64,000 nt of DNA from Candidatus Saccharimonadales bacterium (GTDB taxonomy: Bacteria > Patescibacteriota > Saccharimonadia > Saccharimonadales > JACQNP01), in contig JBGSIS010000002.1 of the NCBI GenBank assembly GCA_041742395.1, positions 11,076 to 75,075 of the forward strand, given 5' to 3'. This document shows, in pieces, positions 1 through 8,846 of the stretch. A program made the translations under genes and the position numbers. The notes under the pieces are model-generated. The model saw nothing but the letters and a program-made list of their open reading frames with translations. It did not search any database and had not been told where the DNA came from. The first letter of the stretch is position 1, and the number at the start of each line of letters is the position of its first letter.

Positions 1-125
1 GATCCGAACACTTTTCCACCAATTACAGCTTCTTTTCTAATCAAGTTTCGCTGAAATTCTTGATGATATTCACCATTATTTTTTTGTCGAGTTGAGTTAA
101 TTAGGTTTTTTAGTATGGTTTTCAT
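1..125 (-). CDS. hypothetical protein, 5' part only (gene continues past the window start)
   Basis: ATG at 125..123 (minus strand), 4 nt after the stop of the 130..447 ORF. The frame stays open to the window edge (MKTILKNLINSTRQKNNGEYHQEFQRNLIRKEAVIGGKVFG...). No motif recognised. Confidence 0.3.
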   Translation of the reverse strand, partial: MKTILKNLINSTRQKNNGEYHQEFQRNLIRKEAVIGGKVFG

Positions 126-129
126 CGAT

Positions 130-447
130 TTAAGCCGCCTTATGAGCCTCTTCTACTGCATCGTAAAAATCTTTTAGATCTGGTCTTTCATAGTTTGGAA
201 AACTAACTACATTCGAGTTATCTATTTCTTTTAATTCAGGTGCGTCATTGATTACTTCTGGCGGGACACTAGGTGAAATATTAGGACTGTTCTGCATAAT
301 AGTTGGAATGTTAAGTTTTTCTATTCTGTATTTAGTATTTCTAAGAATCTGCGCTCTATAGCCAATTTCTCTAAGATCTTCTGGACTATTTGAAGCCAGG
401 TATAGTAGTTCGCCTCGATATAATTCTTCTTGTCTGTAGTCTTGCAT
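130..447 (-). CDS. hypothetical protein (105 aa)
   Basis: ORF tightly packed between tatD and the next minus-strand gene. No recognisable motif. Confidence 0.5.
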   Translation of the reverse strand: MQDYRQEELYRGELLYLASNSPEDLREIGYRAQILRNTKYRIEKLNIPTIMQNSPNISPSVPPEVINDAPELKEIDNSNVVSFPNYERPDLKDFYDAVEEAHKAA

Positions 448-461
448 GTTTTCCTTACGAA

Positions 462-1223
462 TTAGATATTAAACAATTGCTCGGCGTTGTACGTTGTGCG
501 CGCAGCGATAGTCTCAAGAGGTTCTTCTCTCAAGTCTGCTAAAAACTCCGCTATTACAAGTACATGTTTAGGCTGACAGATTGTACCACGAAAAGGCTTT
601 GGAGTCAAGAAGGGAGCGTCTGTTTCTAGTAGTAGATTTTGCAACGGCACAGCTTTAGCCATATCTAGTTGAAACTGTTCTTTAGTGAACGTAATTATAC
701 CGTTCAAACCCACGTAAAGGCCGTTTGAGAGGATTTTATCAAGGACCTTGGTATCTGCAGTATAACTATGAATAACACCTCTTATACCCTTAAAATTTGC
801 CAAAATAGGCCAAAAGTCTTCAAAGGCATCTCTAATATGAAAAATCACAGGTAAATCATGTTTCTGAGCCATATCTAGCTGAAACTCCAATACTCTTATC
901 TGATCAAGTTTATTTGAATGATTATAGTAGTAATCTAGGCCTGTTTCTCCAATAGCAATAACTTTTGGCAGTTTAACTAATTCAGCAAAATCATCTAGTT
1001 TAGATTTGTCGTAATCCTTGCTTTCATGGGGGTGGATACCAATACTAGCAAAACAGTTTTCTCTAGTTTGAACAAATTCAATTCCTTTTTTGCTATCTTC
1101 ATAAGTACATCCAACACATATCATCTTATTCACATGACTATCAGTTGATTCTTTGATTACTTCGTCTGGGTCTAACTTATAGTCATCGAAATGTATATGG
1201 CAATGAGTATCAATTAAATTCAC
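462..1223 (-). CDS. tatD: TatD-family metal-dependent hydrolase
   Basis: N-terminal IDTHCHIH metal-binding motif, internal GIHPH, and C-terminal LLETDAPF. The 253 aa length is typical of TatD. Confidence 0.8.
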   Translation of the reverse strand: MNLIDTHCHIHFDDYKLDPDEVIKESTDSHVNKMICVGCTYEDSKKGIEFVQTRENCFASIGIHPHESKDYDKSKLDDFAELVKLPKVIAIGETGLDYYYNHSNKLDQIRVLEFQLDMAQKHDLPVIFHIRDAFEDFWPILANFKGIRGVIHSYTADTKVLDKILSNGLYVGLNGIITFTKEQFQLDMAKAVPLQNLLLETDAPFLTPKPFRGTICQPKHVLVIAEFLADLREEPLETIAARTTYNAEQLFNI

Positions 1224-1238
1224 ATAGTATATTCTATA

Positions 1239-1808
1239 TCATCTATATAGGTTATTAGAATTTATGTAGCTCATTACTCCATTACATACTAATCCTGTAA
1301 TATCCTGACTACTTGCAACCCTGTTTCTGACTTCAGTTGAAGATGTAAATGCATTTCGTTCTATGGGTAGCAATACCAATCCTTTTGTAGAACTAATCCT
1401 ATGGCCATCTCTGGGTGCAACAATCATTTTTAAGTTATCTCTTAGTTCTTGTCCTCCATGCCAATTCGGCATATCAGAATAGGAATCCATGCCAAAAATA
1501 TACCAAAATGAATAATCTGGAAACCTGTCATTAATAAACTTAACAGTATCTGTTGTTCTTGTAATCTTATCGGAATTAATTTCAAAATCTACAATTCTGC
1601 AGTTTTTAGTAGAATCTAACTCACTCAAAGCTATATCAAGCATATTTAAACGGTGCCTATCATCAATAGCAAACTGTTTGTCTGCTCTTTTTCCTGAGGG
1701 CATAAGCCAAAGCTCATCAATAAAATCTAACTTTAAGCTTTCTACAATAATGGACTGATGTGCGTTTGTAGGAGGATTAAAAGTTCCTCCAAAAATGGCT
1801 ATTTCCAT
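1239..1808 (-). CDS. nadD: nicotinate-nucleotide adenylyltransferase
   Basis: N-terminal FGGTFNPPTNAH nucleotidyltransferase motif (GxFxPxHxxH). 189 aa. AAAGGA ribosome-binding site upstream. Sits in an NAD gene context. Confidence 0.85.
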   Translation of the reverse strand: MEIAIFGGTFNPPTNAHQSIIVESLKLDFIDELWLMPSGKRADKQFAIDDRHRLNMLDIALSELDSTKNCRIVDFEINSDKITRTTDTVKFINDRFPDYSFWYIFGMDSYSDMPNWHGGQELRDNLKMIVAPRDGHRISSTKGLVLLPIERNAFTSSTEVRNRVASSQDITGLVCNGVMSYINSNNLYR

Positions 1809-1832
1809 AATAATCCTTTCTGTATTAGTGTT

Positions 1833-1853
1833 TTAGTGTTCTATTGACACTTT
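1833..1853. promoter_or_regulatory. candidate NrtR operator, imperfect copy (TTAGTGT-N7-ACACTTT)
   Basis: Inverted repeat AGTGT-N7-ACACT in the nadD/nadE divergent intergenic region. Same half-site as the perfect palindrome at 1882..1902. Confidence 0.4.
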
Positions 1854-1881
1854 CTAATATGCTTGCTAGTATATATACATA

Positions 1882-1902
1882 TTAGTGTATAGTCAACACT
1901 AA
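1882..1902. promoter_or_regulatory. candidate NrtR operator, perfect 21-bp palindrome TTAGTGT-ATAGTCA-ACACTAA
   Basis: Perfect 7+7 inverted repeat with a GT-N7-AC core, 18 nt upstream of the nadE ATG and between divergent nadD and nadE. An NrtR-type regulator is encoded at 6065..6742. Confidence 0.55.
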
Positions 1903-1920
1903 CTAATAAAAGGATATACC

Positions 1921-3828
1921 ATGGAATTTCAACCAAGTGAACATTATTTTCGAGTAACCACCGCCTGCCCCGAAGTCGAACTAGCTGACATTAACGCTAA
2001 TGTTAAAAATATATCTGAACTATACAAGGAAGCCGTTCTTGACGACTCTGCCCTAGTGGTTTTTCCGGAACTATCTATTACCGGATACTCTATCGGTGAT
2101 GTAGTACAAAACCAAAGATTAATCGATGAAGCGATGCGAGGACTACGATATTTAAGAGACGAGACGATTAATGAAAAAACGGTAGCTGTAGTTGGCTTAC
2201 CTTTTGTTTACGAAAACGGTCTTTATAACTGCGCAGCTGTACTAGCCGATGGTAAGATCGCCGGAATTGTTCCTAAACAAAATATGCCGAACTATTCGGA
2301 GTTTTATGAATCTAGGTGGTATCAGCCATGGCAAGGACCCAATATTAATTTAACTTTAGATGACCAAGAAGTACCTTTTGGTAACGATTTACTTTTTGAT
2401 ATAGGTGGAGTAAAAATGGGCATCGAAATCTGCGAAGATTTGTGGGTTAAAGACCCGCCAAGTGTCCAGCAAGCTGCTAGAGGTGCCGTCATAATTGCAA
2501 ATCCATCTGCTTCAAATGAATTAGTTGGAAAAGCAAATTATAGAAGACAGTTAGTTTCAATGCAGTCTGCAAAATTAGTTGCTGGGTATGCCTATGCGAG
2601 CGCCGATCCGAGTGAATCAACCACCGACGTAGTGATGAGTGGACACCAGATAATTGCAGAAAATGGTCGTATAGTTCAAGAAAGAAAACCACTTTCACTA
2701 GATGATAAAAGAATTCACACAGCTGACATTGATTTAGACCACATAAAACATGACCGAATAAAGGACAATAACTATACGACAAAATTGGGTGCACAAGTAA
2801 TAAAATGTACCGTAAAACGACCAGATTTTGAGCCTAATCCAAGGCTAGTTAAAGATCCGTTTTTACCAGATAACGAGCCAGAAGTTCAAAGAAACGAAAG
2901 ATTCGACAGCATTATATATATTCAGGCTATGGGATTGGCTAAAAGACTAAAGTCTACAAATTCACATAAATTAGTTCTTGGTTTATCTGGAGGGTTAGAC
3001 TCTACTCTTGCATTACTTGTTGCAGTAAGGGCGGCCGACATACTAGGCCGTAATCATGCTGACGTCATTACAACGATTACTATGCCTGGCCTTGCGAGCA
3101 GTAATAGAACTCAAAATAATGCCCAATTACTCGCCGAGGCAGTTGGAGTCAAAAATAAAGTTATAGATATCAAAGAGATCGTCAAAAGTGAATTCAAGGC
3201 CCTTGATCATGATGGCCAAACTCAAGATATAGCTTATGAAAATGTTCAGGCGCGAGCCAGAACTGAAATTTTATTTAACTATGCCAACAAAGACGGTGGA
3301 ATAGTACTTGGAACTGGAGATTTAAGCGAAATTGCGTTGGGTTGGTGCACCTATAACGGTGATCATATGAACCATTACAATGTTAATTCTAGTGTTCCTA
3401 AGACATTAGTCAGGCATCTAGTTAGATTCATGTCAGAAAAGACAGATTTTGCAAAAGCCCAGGAAGTCTTGAATGATATTCTTGACACTCCTGTCTCACC
3501 GGAACTTACTGGAAACCCCGATAGTGAAATCACCCAAACAACTGAAGAGATTATTGGACCTTATGAACTTCACGATTTCTTCTTGAGTCACTTAATTAGA
3601 TGGGGTGATAGTCCAGAAAAGATAAAATTCCTTGCTAGTATTGCATTTAAAGAAGACTATACTGATCATGAAATAGATAAATGGCTTAAACTATTCTTAA
3701 GACGATTTACTGCAAATCAATTTAAAAGAAGCGCTATTCCAGACGGTCCAAAAGTTGGAAGCGTAGCTCTAAGTCCTCGAGGTGACTGGCGTATGCCTTC
3801 AGATATGAGCGCTAACTTGTGGCAATAA
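1921..3828 (+). CDS. nadE: glutamine-dependent NAD+ synthetase (CN-hydrolase glutaminase domain + NAD synthetase domain)
   Basis: The N-terminal carbon-nitrogen hydrolase features are FPELSITGY and GIEICEDLW. The C-terminal ATP-pyrophosphatase domain has the LGLSGGLDS P-loop. 635 aa is the typical two-domain NadE size. Confidence 0.9.
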   Translation: MEFQPSEHYFRVTTACPEVELADINANVKNISELYKEAVLDDSALVVFPELSITGYSIGDVVQNQRLIDEAMRGLRYLRDETINEKTVAVVGLPFVYENGLYNCAAVLADGKIAGIVPKQNMPNYSEFYESRWYQPWQGPNINLTLDDQEVPFGNDLLFDIGGVKMGIEICEDLWVKDPPSVQQAARGAVIIANPSASNELVGKANYRRQLVSMQSAKLVAGYAYASADPSESTTDVVMSGHQIIAENGRIVQERKPLSLDDKRIHTADIDLDHIKHDRIKDNNYTTKLGAQVIKCTVKRPDFEPNPRLVKDPFLPDNEPEVQRNERFDSIIYIQAMGLAKRLKSTNSHKLVLGLSGGLDSTLALLVAVRAADILGRNHADVITTITMPGLASSNRTQNNAQLLAEAVGVKNKVIDIKEIVKSEFKALDHDGQTQDIAYENVQARARTEILFNYANKDGGIVLGTGDLSEIALGWCTYNGDHMNHYNVNSSVPKTLVRHLVRFMSEKTDFAKAQEVLNDILDTPVSPELTGNPDSEITQTTEEIIGPYELHDFFLSHLIRWGDSPEKIKFLASIAFKEDYTDHEIDKWLKLFLRRFTANQFKRSAIPDGPKVGSVALSPRGDWRMPSDMSANLWQ

Positions 3829-5959
3829 AGTTGCCATTTTGAAACTGTCGCTCTAGATTTAAGGCCTTCTCGTAAGCAGGTCCCCTATAGTCGACATGGT
3901 TAGTCTCACCCTTTTGTCCACTGCTCATATCAGCAATTTTATGGTTCATATCGAATGGCCTATATGTCCAACTCTTTTCGCGTCGTTGCATCTCTTCTAA
4001 AGTTACGACCGTTATAGAACCACCTCCGTATGCTGCAACTGAATCACTAGCCCCTACAAACACTCTCGTAGTCGGCGATAATAGACCATTAGTTGCACCA
4101 GAATATCTATAGCCTCCCCAACCATTGTCTTTGACGACCACTATCTTATCTACACCTTCAGCACATGGTTCGTTTCTACCTACTGCAGTACTTGCCACAA
4201 TTCCAACTGTAAAATATCCAAGATCTTTTAGTATTGGATACATCCTACCTATACCATATGGCGTAGCTCCAATAGCAATAGCAGTTTCTTCAGGATCAAT
4301 ATACTTCAAGTCTTCAATAATTGTCTGCTCTAATGACTTAGGGTCTTCGTAATCTAGACCTGAATAGCCAAATAGGCTATGTAATCTTGGTAGTTCGTTT
4401 CGAGCCGACCTTACTGCGGCGTGCACACCCAATGGCTTAGTCACCATCATCGATAAAGCTCGCTGGCCAACTGCTTGTCTTGATATATCGTGAGCAATAT
4501 TACCTATAAACGCATCCGTAAAGCCTTCGTCTGTAGAAACTAAATCTCTGCATGTGTTCAGAAGAGCTTCGTCGTCTATTGGATCATCCGAAACTAGTCT
4601 ATATAAATCTGCAGCACCCTGTGCAATAGCCTGTCTAGTTCTAACATAGTCTGTGCCTAGTTTTTGGCTTCTTCTATCAGGTAAATCATAAAATGTATGA
4701 GCTAGCTTTCTGAAAACATGGGCCAATGTTGACGCTCTTGGTGACATAAAATATTCAACAGTTTTTTCGTCAACCATTCTCTCGAATGGTGTTCTTTCTA
4801 GAGGAGGTCTTAATATGCCATCGGCGATACTATCTGGCGAAGGATCCGCTCCATCTTCATGAAGTATTTCAAAAAGAATCATTCTCATTGCTATTCTTCT
4901 GTCGTATTCTTGCCTGTCTTCTACGCCATCAACATCTATCTCTGGCAATAGCTTATCAACCAAAAGACTAGTACTATCTTGGGCGAATTTTTCAATGGAA
5001 ACACCCTCCCTCTCTACTGCCATCATGGTGGCATCGTGCATTCTTCGAGTATGATCTACGTCATGATAGAAGAATTCGTATGGAGTTTGAGGAAAGCCGT
5101 CTACAGTTATCGTATCAGTTGAGACACCAATTATACCTACAGGAACATTCCTAAACTTCAATAAATCTTCAGAATCGACACTGGCCATAGTAGGAATTAA
5201 AGTTATGTCTTTATCTTCCGCCAAAGAATACCAATTATATTCAAATCTCGAAGTATGATAGGCCGGAGGGGAGTCTTGGACATTAACTCTAGTAACTAAA
5301 TCGAAAAAGGCCATAGTATCTTCAATCATCCAAAGTGTTGAATTATATCCAAAGTCGTTATTTTGAATTTTTTCGTTAGCGTTTTCGAATATCTCTTTTC
5401 TTAGTTTGCTTAGCAATGGAGATTTGGAACATGCCGTATGAACTTCGGGCTTATGAACTACCTCATGATTAAGTGCTCTAAGAGTAATACCAAGTTCTGG
5501 AAACTGAGCTTCGTCACCCTGCTCTTCACGTCGTTTCTTGAAATCTGCATAAACTTCTAGTGGATTCTGGAGCAAATCATTGACTATTTCATCTTGCGAC
5601 TCAATTAGATTAGTAAAAGATTCGTATGTATATTCAAGATAATTCTCACCAGGTAAAGTATCATCACTCAACAACCTTAATAGCCTTTTACTACGCTGAA
5701 CGGCTACTTCGCGAGGTCCTTTAGGAATAGATGCATTCTCTTCGACCTCATAGGGATAATCTTCACTATCCCGAGCAATTCTAAAACGGTAAGAAACGTG
5801 CCTTAGATGATTTTTTACCTGATTAAAAAGAGGTATAGCGGCTGGATCGTTTGGCAGCTCTACTGAAAGTAATTCTCTTTGACTTTCGTCGACAATTGCT
5901 TCAAATACATCTACTTGTTTTCCAAATAAATTTATTGATCTTTCAGAATCTGATTCCAC
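3812..5959 (-). CDS. uncharacterised 715-aa protein: unknown ~520-aa N-terminal region + C-terminal LOG/SLOG-like Rossmannoid domain
   Basis: GTG start with an AAGGAG site 6 nt upstream. The C-terminal ~170 aa follows the LOG/TIGR00725-type pattern: IGATPYGIGRM, FTVGIVAS, then R...ASDSVAAYGGGSITVVTLEE (compare PGGxGTxxE). The N-terminal part has His/Asp clusters (YHDVDHTRRMHD, FEILHEDG) but no fold I can name. Confidence 0.6.
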   Translation of the reverse strand: MESDSERSINLFGKQVDVFEAIVDESQRELLSVELPNDPAAIPLFNQVKNHLRHVSYRFRIARDSEDYPYEVEENASIPKGPREVAVQRSKRLLRLLSDDTLPGENYLEYTYESFTNLIESQDEIVNDLLQNPLEVYADFKKRREEQGDEAQFPELGITLRALNHEVVHKPEVHTACSKSPLLSKLRKEIFENANEKIQNNDFGYNSTLWMIEDTMAFFDLVTRVNVQDSPPAYHTSRFEYNWYSLAEDKDITLIPTMASVDSEDLLKFRNVPVGIIGVSTDTITVDGFPQTPYEFFYHDVDHTRRMHDATMMAVEREGVSIEKFAQDSTSLLVDKLLPEIDVDGVEDRQEYDRRIAMRMILFEILHEDGADPSPDSIADGILRPPLERTPFERMVDEKTVEYFMSPRASTLAHVFRKLAHTFYDLPDRRSQKLGTDYVRTRQAIAQGAADLYRLVSDDPIDDEALLNTCRDLVSTDEGFTDAFIGNIAHDISRQAVGQRALSMMVTKPLGVHAAVRSARNELPRLHSLFGYSGLDYEDPKSLEQTIIEDLKYIDPEETAIAIGATPYGIGRMYPILKDLGYFTVGIVASTAVGRNEPCAEGVDKIVVVKDNGWGGYRYSGATNGLLSPTTRVFVGASDSVAAYGGGSITVVTLEEMQRREKSWTYRPFDMNHKIADMSSGQKGETNHVDYRGPAYEKALNLERQFQNGNFIATS

Positions 5960-6064
5960 GCTAACTCCTTAAAAAACTATTTATACTATTATAGCATATT
6001 TTATACTTTTTTGGAAGCTAATTGTTTTCATGACATAGTGTAGTTTTTGAGATAAGATATAAGC

Positions 6065-6742
6065 ATGTTTCAAAAAGAATACATACCTCCAACGTTAGTA
6101 GTCGATAGCGTAGTAATGCAAATTACCGAAGGTGTACTGAACGTGCTACTAATTAAAAGAAATAATGAACCTTTTAAGGACACCTGGGCCCTTCCCGGAG
6201 GATACTGTGCTGCTGGACAAACAACAAACGATGCAATGTCCGAAATCTTGAATCGCAAAGCAGGTGTAAAGACGAGTAACCTAAAGTTAGTCGAGCAGCT
6301 ATACACCTTTGATACTGTAGCAAGAGACCCACGCGGACATGCTGTATCGGTTACTTATATGGGGCTTGGAATTGATATAGACCCCACTATTTCAGAAAGT
6401 ACCCAAAACCCAAGTTTTTTCCCTGTAGATAACTTACCTGAACTAGCTTATGACCATAAAAATATTATTATGTATGCCCACCAGCGACTTAGTGCTAAGT
6501 TCACTTACACTAATGCTGCTTTTTCATTACTACCCAAGAAATTCACTCTTACTCAACTTCAAAATATTTACGAAGCTGTTCTTGAACGTCCCCTAGACAA
6601 ACGAAATTTCCGAAAGAAGTTCCTTAATCTGGACCTAATACACGAAACTGGCGAACAACACCGCGAAGGTGCTCACCGTCCTGCAATGCTCTATGAATTT
6701 AATAAACAAACCATAGAATCATTATCTAGAAGTTTCGACTAA
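6065..6742 (+). CDS. nrtR: NrtR-type Nudix-related transcriptional regulator of NAD metabolism
   Basis: The N-terminal Nudix fold has a degenerate Nudix box (LPGGYCAAGQTTNDAMSEILNRKAGV, lacking REx2EE). The C-terminal winged-helix part reads FTLTQLQNIYEAVLERPLDKRNFRKKF. 225 aa, in an NAD gene context. Confidence 0.8.
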   Translation: MFQKEYIPPTLVVDSVVMQITEGVLNVLLIKRNNEPFKDTWALPGGYCAAGQTTNDAMSEILNRKAGVKTSNLKLVEQLYTFDTVARDPRGHAVSVTYMGLGIDIDPTISESTQNPSFFPVDNLPELAYDHKNIIMYAHQRLSAKFTYTNAAFSLLPKKFTLTQLQNIYEAVLERPLDKRNFRKKFLNLDLIHETGEQHREGAHRPAMLYEFNKQTIESLSRSFD

Positions 6743-7474
6743 CTACTTCTGACTACGCCAGGCTAGTTCAAAGACCACATTAAATGTTTCAACTACAGAT
6801 TTATTTGAAATCATTACTGCTTTGGGTAATTCCCTGCCTTCAATTGCCAATAATTTGTCATCAAATGCAATCATCAAACTTGGAATGTTTTCAGAAATTT
6901 CTTTGGGAACATATCTGGGTTTCCTCATAATTACATCGTTAAGAGTTATATTTGTTTTTTTATCGTTTTCTGCCCATAAAGTCTGACTTACTATCTGCCT
7001 GTCTTCTCTTACTTTTTTAAAATAATTAATATATTCGCTAGACATATAAGCCAAAGCATTGTCTTTAGGTGAAATAATCTGCCAACGTCTTGAACTGCAC
7101 CTTAGTGCATATTCTACTAATTTCTGTACTTCTTTTTGCCCAACAACAGTCTGGGTGGATATATCGAGCTTAGGTTCTTGGAAGTTGTTGATTTTTTCAA
7201 TTAATTCATTTGTCTTGTGAATTTTTTCACTTAAGTAAAAACTAGCTGCTTTTGCTTCGAGCATCCTATAGGTATTGCTACGTCCATCACGTTTTGTGTA
7301 TTCACAAAGACCTGTGTCCTTTAATTCCTTTATGGCAGCCATTACAGTTGGTTTTGGTAGTTTTGTACCTTTTATAAGATCACTACTGGATATTTCAGCA
7401 TAATTTTTACCATATAAGTAAACCTTAATTTCGCTGTTGCTTAGACCAATCTCTTTTAATAATTTATCTATCAT
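6743..7474 (-). CDS. TrmB-like HTH transcriptional regulator
   Basis: The N-terminal region (LSNSEIKVYLYGKNYAEISSSDLIKGTKLPKPTVMAAIKELKDTGL) matches the TrmB-type winged-helix pattern. It is followed by a ~150-aa putative effector domain. Confidence 0.6.
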   Translation of the reverse strand: MIDKLLKEIGLSNSEIKVYLYGKNYAEISSSDLIKGTKLPKPTVMAAIKELKDTGLCEYTKRDGRSNTYRMLEAKAASFYLSEKIHKTNELIEKINNFQEPKLDISTQTVVGQKEVQKLVEYALRCSSRRWQIISPKDNALAYMSSEYINYFKKVREDRQIVSQTLWAENDKKTNITLNDVIMRKPRYVPKEISENIPSLMIAFDDKLLAIEGRELPKAVMISNKSVVETFNVVFELAWRSQK

Positions 7475-7598
7475 ATTGCTTTATTTTATACTATTTTTCT
7501 TCTTTTGTATATGTTTGTATATATATTTATTATACGTTTTTATTTTATTTATCCCAATCTGGGTAAATACTCTATCTAGAACAAGAAAGGATAAATAG

Positions 7599-8825
7599 AT
7601 GGAGACTATTAATGAATCAACAGAATTTTCGGTAGAACATCGTGAGATTGCTCCAATTGATGATGCAAGATTTTTAGACCACTTAGAAGATGGACTTGAA
7701 GATAATTGGACTACGTTGGTTACTAATTTAGTAAATTCTGGAGTTGATCGCCGCGATAAGCTATTGGAATTATGGAATGACAAAGAATTACCAAGAGTAT
7801 TTAGAGATAGATCATTTATTATTTTGCTTAGCCCAGAAAACTTACCAAAAAACATATGGCCTGCAGGACCAGTAGATTGGGGAGAGTATTTAAGTGTAGG
7901 TAGCGAACAAAATAACTATTGTGGACCATATTTACTAAATAATGTTTCAGATGAAGATAAAGGTGGGATATACGAATCTGTACAAGAATTATTTGAATAC
8001 CAAACGAGTAAAAATCTAAATATAGTTAGCAAAAATAAATTAGTTGTTTGGTGGTGCAACCAATATGAGAACAATATTATCGATTTAAAGTTATTTGAAA
8101 ATAATATTAGTGAATTGAGAAATACAGTTAGCGACAACAAAGAGAGAGGCTATTATCGGAAAACTGATCTTAAGTTCCCAATTCTATCAGATATAATTGA
8201 AAGCCCAATTGACTTTGGTGATGCTTCTCCACGAGTAGAAGTTGGTGGCGATAAGCTAAAAAAATGGGCAAAAGATCAAACAAAACTTTGGTTAGAGTAC
8301 GTAATTAATGGAAATGAAGACATTCCTAAGTGGCTTAAACAAGTACCGCTAGTAAACGGAATTTCATTAATAAAACAAACTGTAGATTATTACGATGATA
8401 TCTTGCCATTGATTAATGAACTCGGCTGGGAAGAGTTAATCGGTGACTATGTCTATGCAGCAGAAAAGTATTTCGAAAAGACAAAGACCGATGAAACACG
8501 AATAAGTTTAGCCAAATACGTTATGAGTAAGTACTTGGAAATAAATGGATCTCCAGGATACACAAACATGGGACCATTATTTGGTAATCTCCGATTAGCA
8601 GAAATTATTCAACGCATTTCTGATAAATCTGAAGATAATGAGCTCAAGCAATTTGTAGAAAATGAAAAACTTTCATTAATGGAGTTCAGACAACAATGCG
8701 AAATCGATAGAAATAAGATTAGCGAAAAGCAACTACAAAGAGAAATTGAACTAACTACAGAAAGAATCGAAAGAAATAAGGCACTGAAAAGTTTTAATGG
8801 TTTATTAAGCATTTTAAAAAAGTAA
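7599..8825 (+). CDS. hypothetical protein (408 aa), no recognisable domain; C-terminal coiled-coil-like segment
   Basis: ATG preceded by AAAGGA. Followed after 21 nt by the next gene, which has an AAAGGAG site, so the two are likely co-transcribed. Confidence 0.65.
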   Translation: METINESTEFSVEHREIAPIDDARFLDHLEDGLEDNWTTLVTNLVNSGVDRRDKLLELWNDKELPRVFRDRSFIILLSPENLPKNIWPAGPVDWGEYLSVGSEQNNYCGPYLLNNVSDEDKGGIYESVQELFEYQTSKNLNIVSKNKLVVWWCNQYENNIIDLKLFENNISELRNTVSDNKERGYYRKTDLKFPILSDIIESPIDFGDASPRVEVGGDKLKKWAKDQTKLWLEYVINGNEDIPKWLKQVPLVNGISLIKQTVDYYDDILPLINELGWEELIGDYVYAAEKYFEKTKTDETRISLAKYVMSKYLEINGSPGYTNMGPLFGNLRLAEIIQRISDKSEDNELKQFVENEKLSLMEFRQQCEIDRNKISEKQLQREIELTTERIERNKALKSFNGLLSILKK

Positions 8826-8846
8826 CTAATTATAAAGGAGAATATT

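Noticed and set aside
7481-7855. 124-aa minus-strand ORF spanning the TrmB-like/408-aa intergenic region
   Set aside because: It covers an AT-rich promoter region and the antisense of the 408-aa gene start. Its Ser/Leu/Asn-rich product has no start context.
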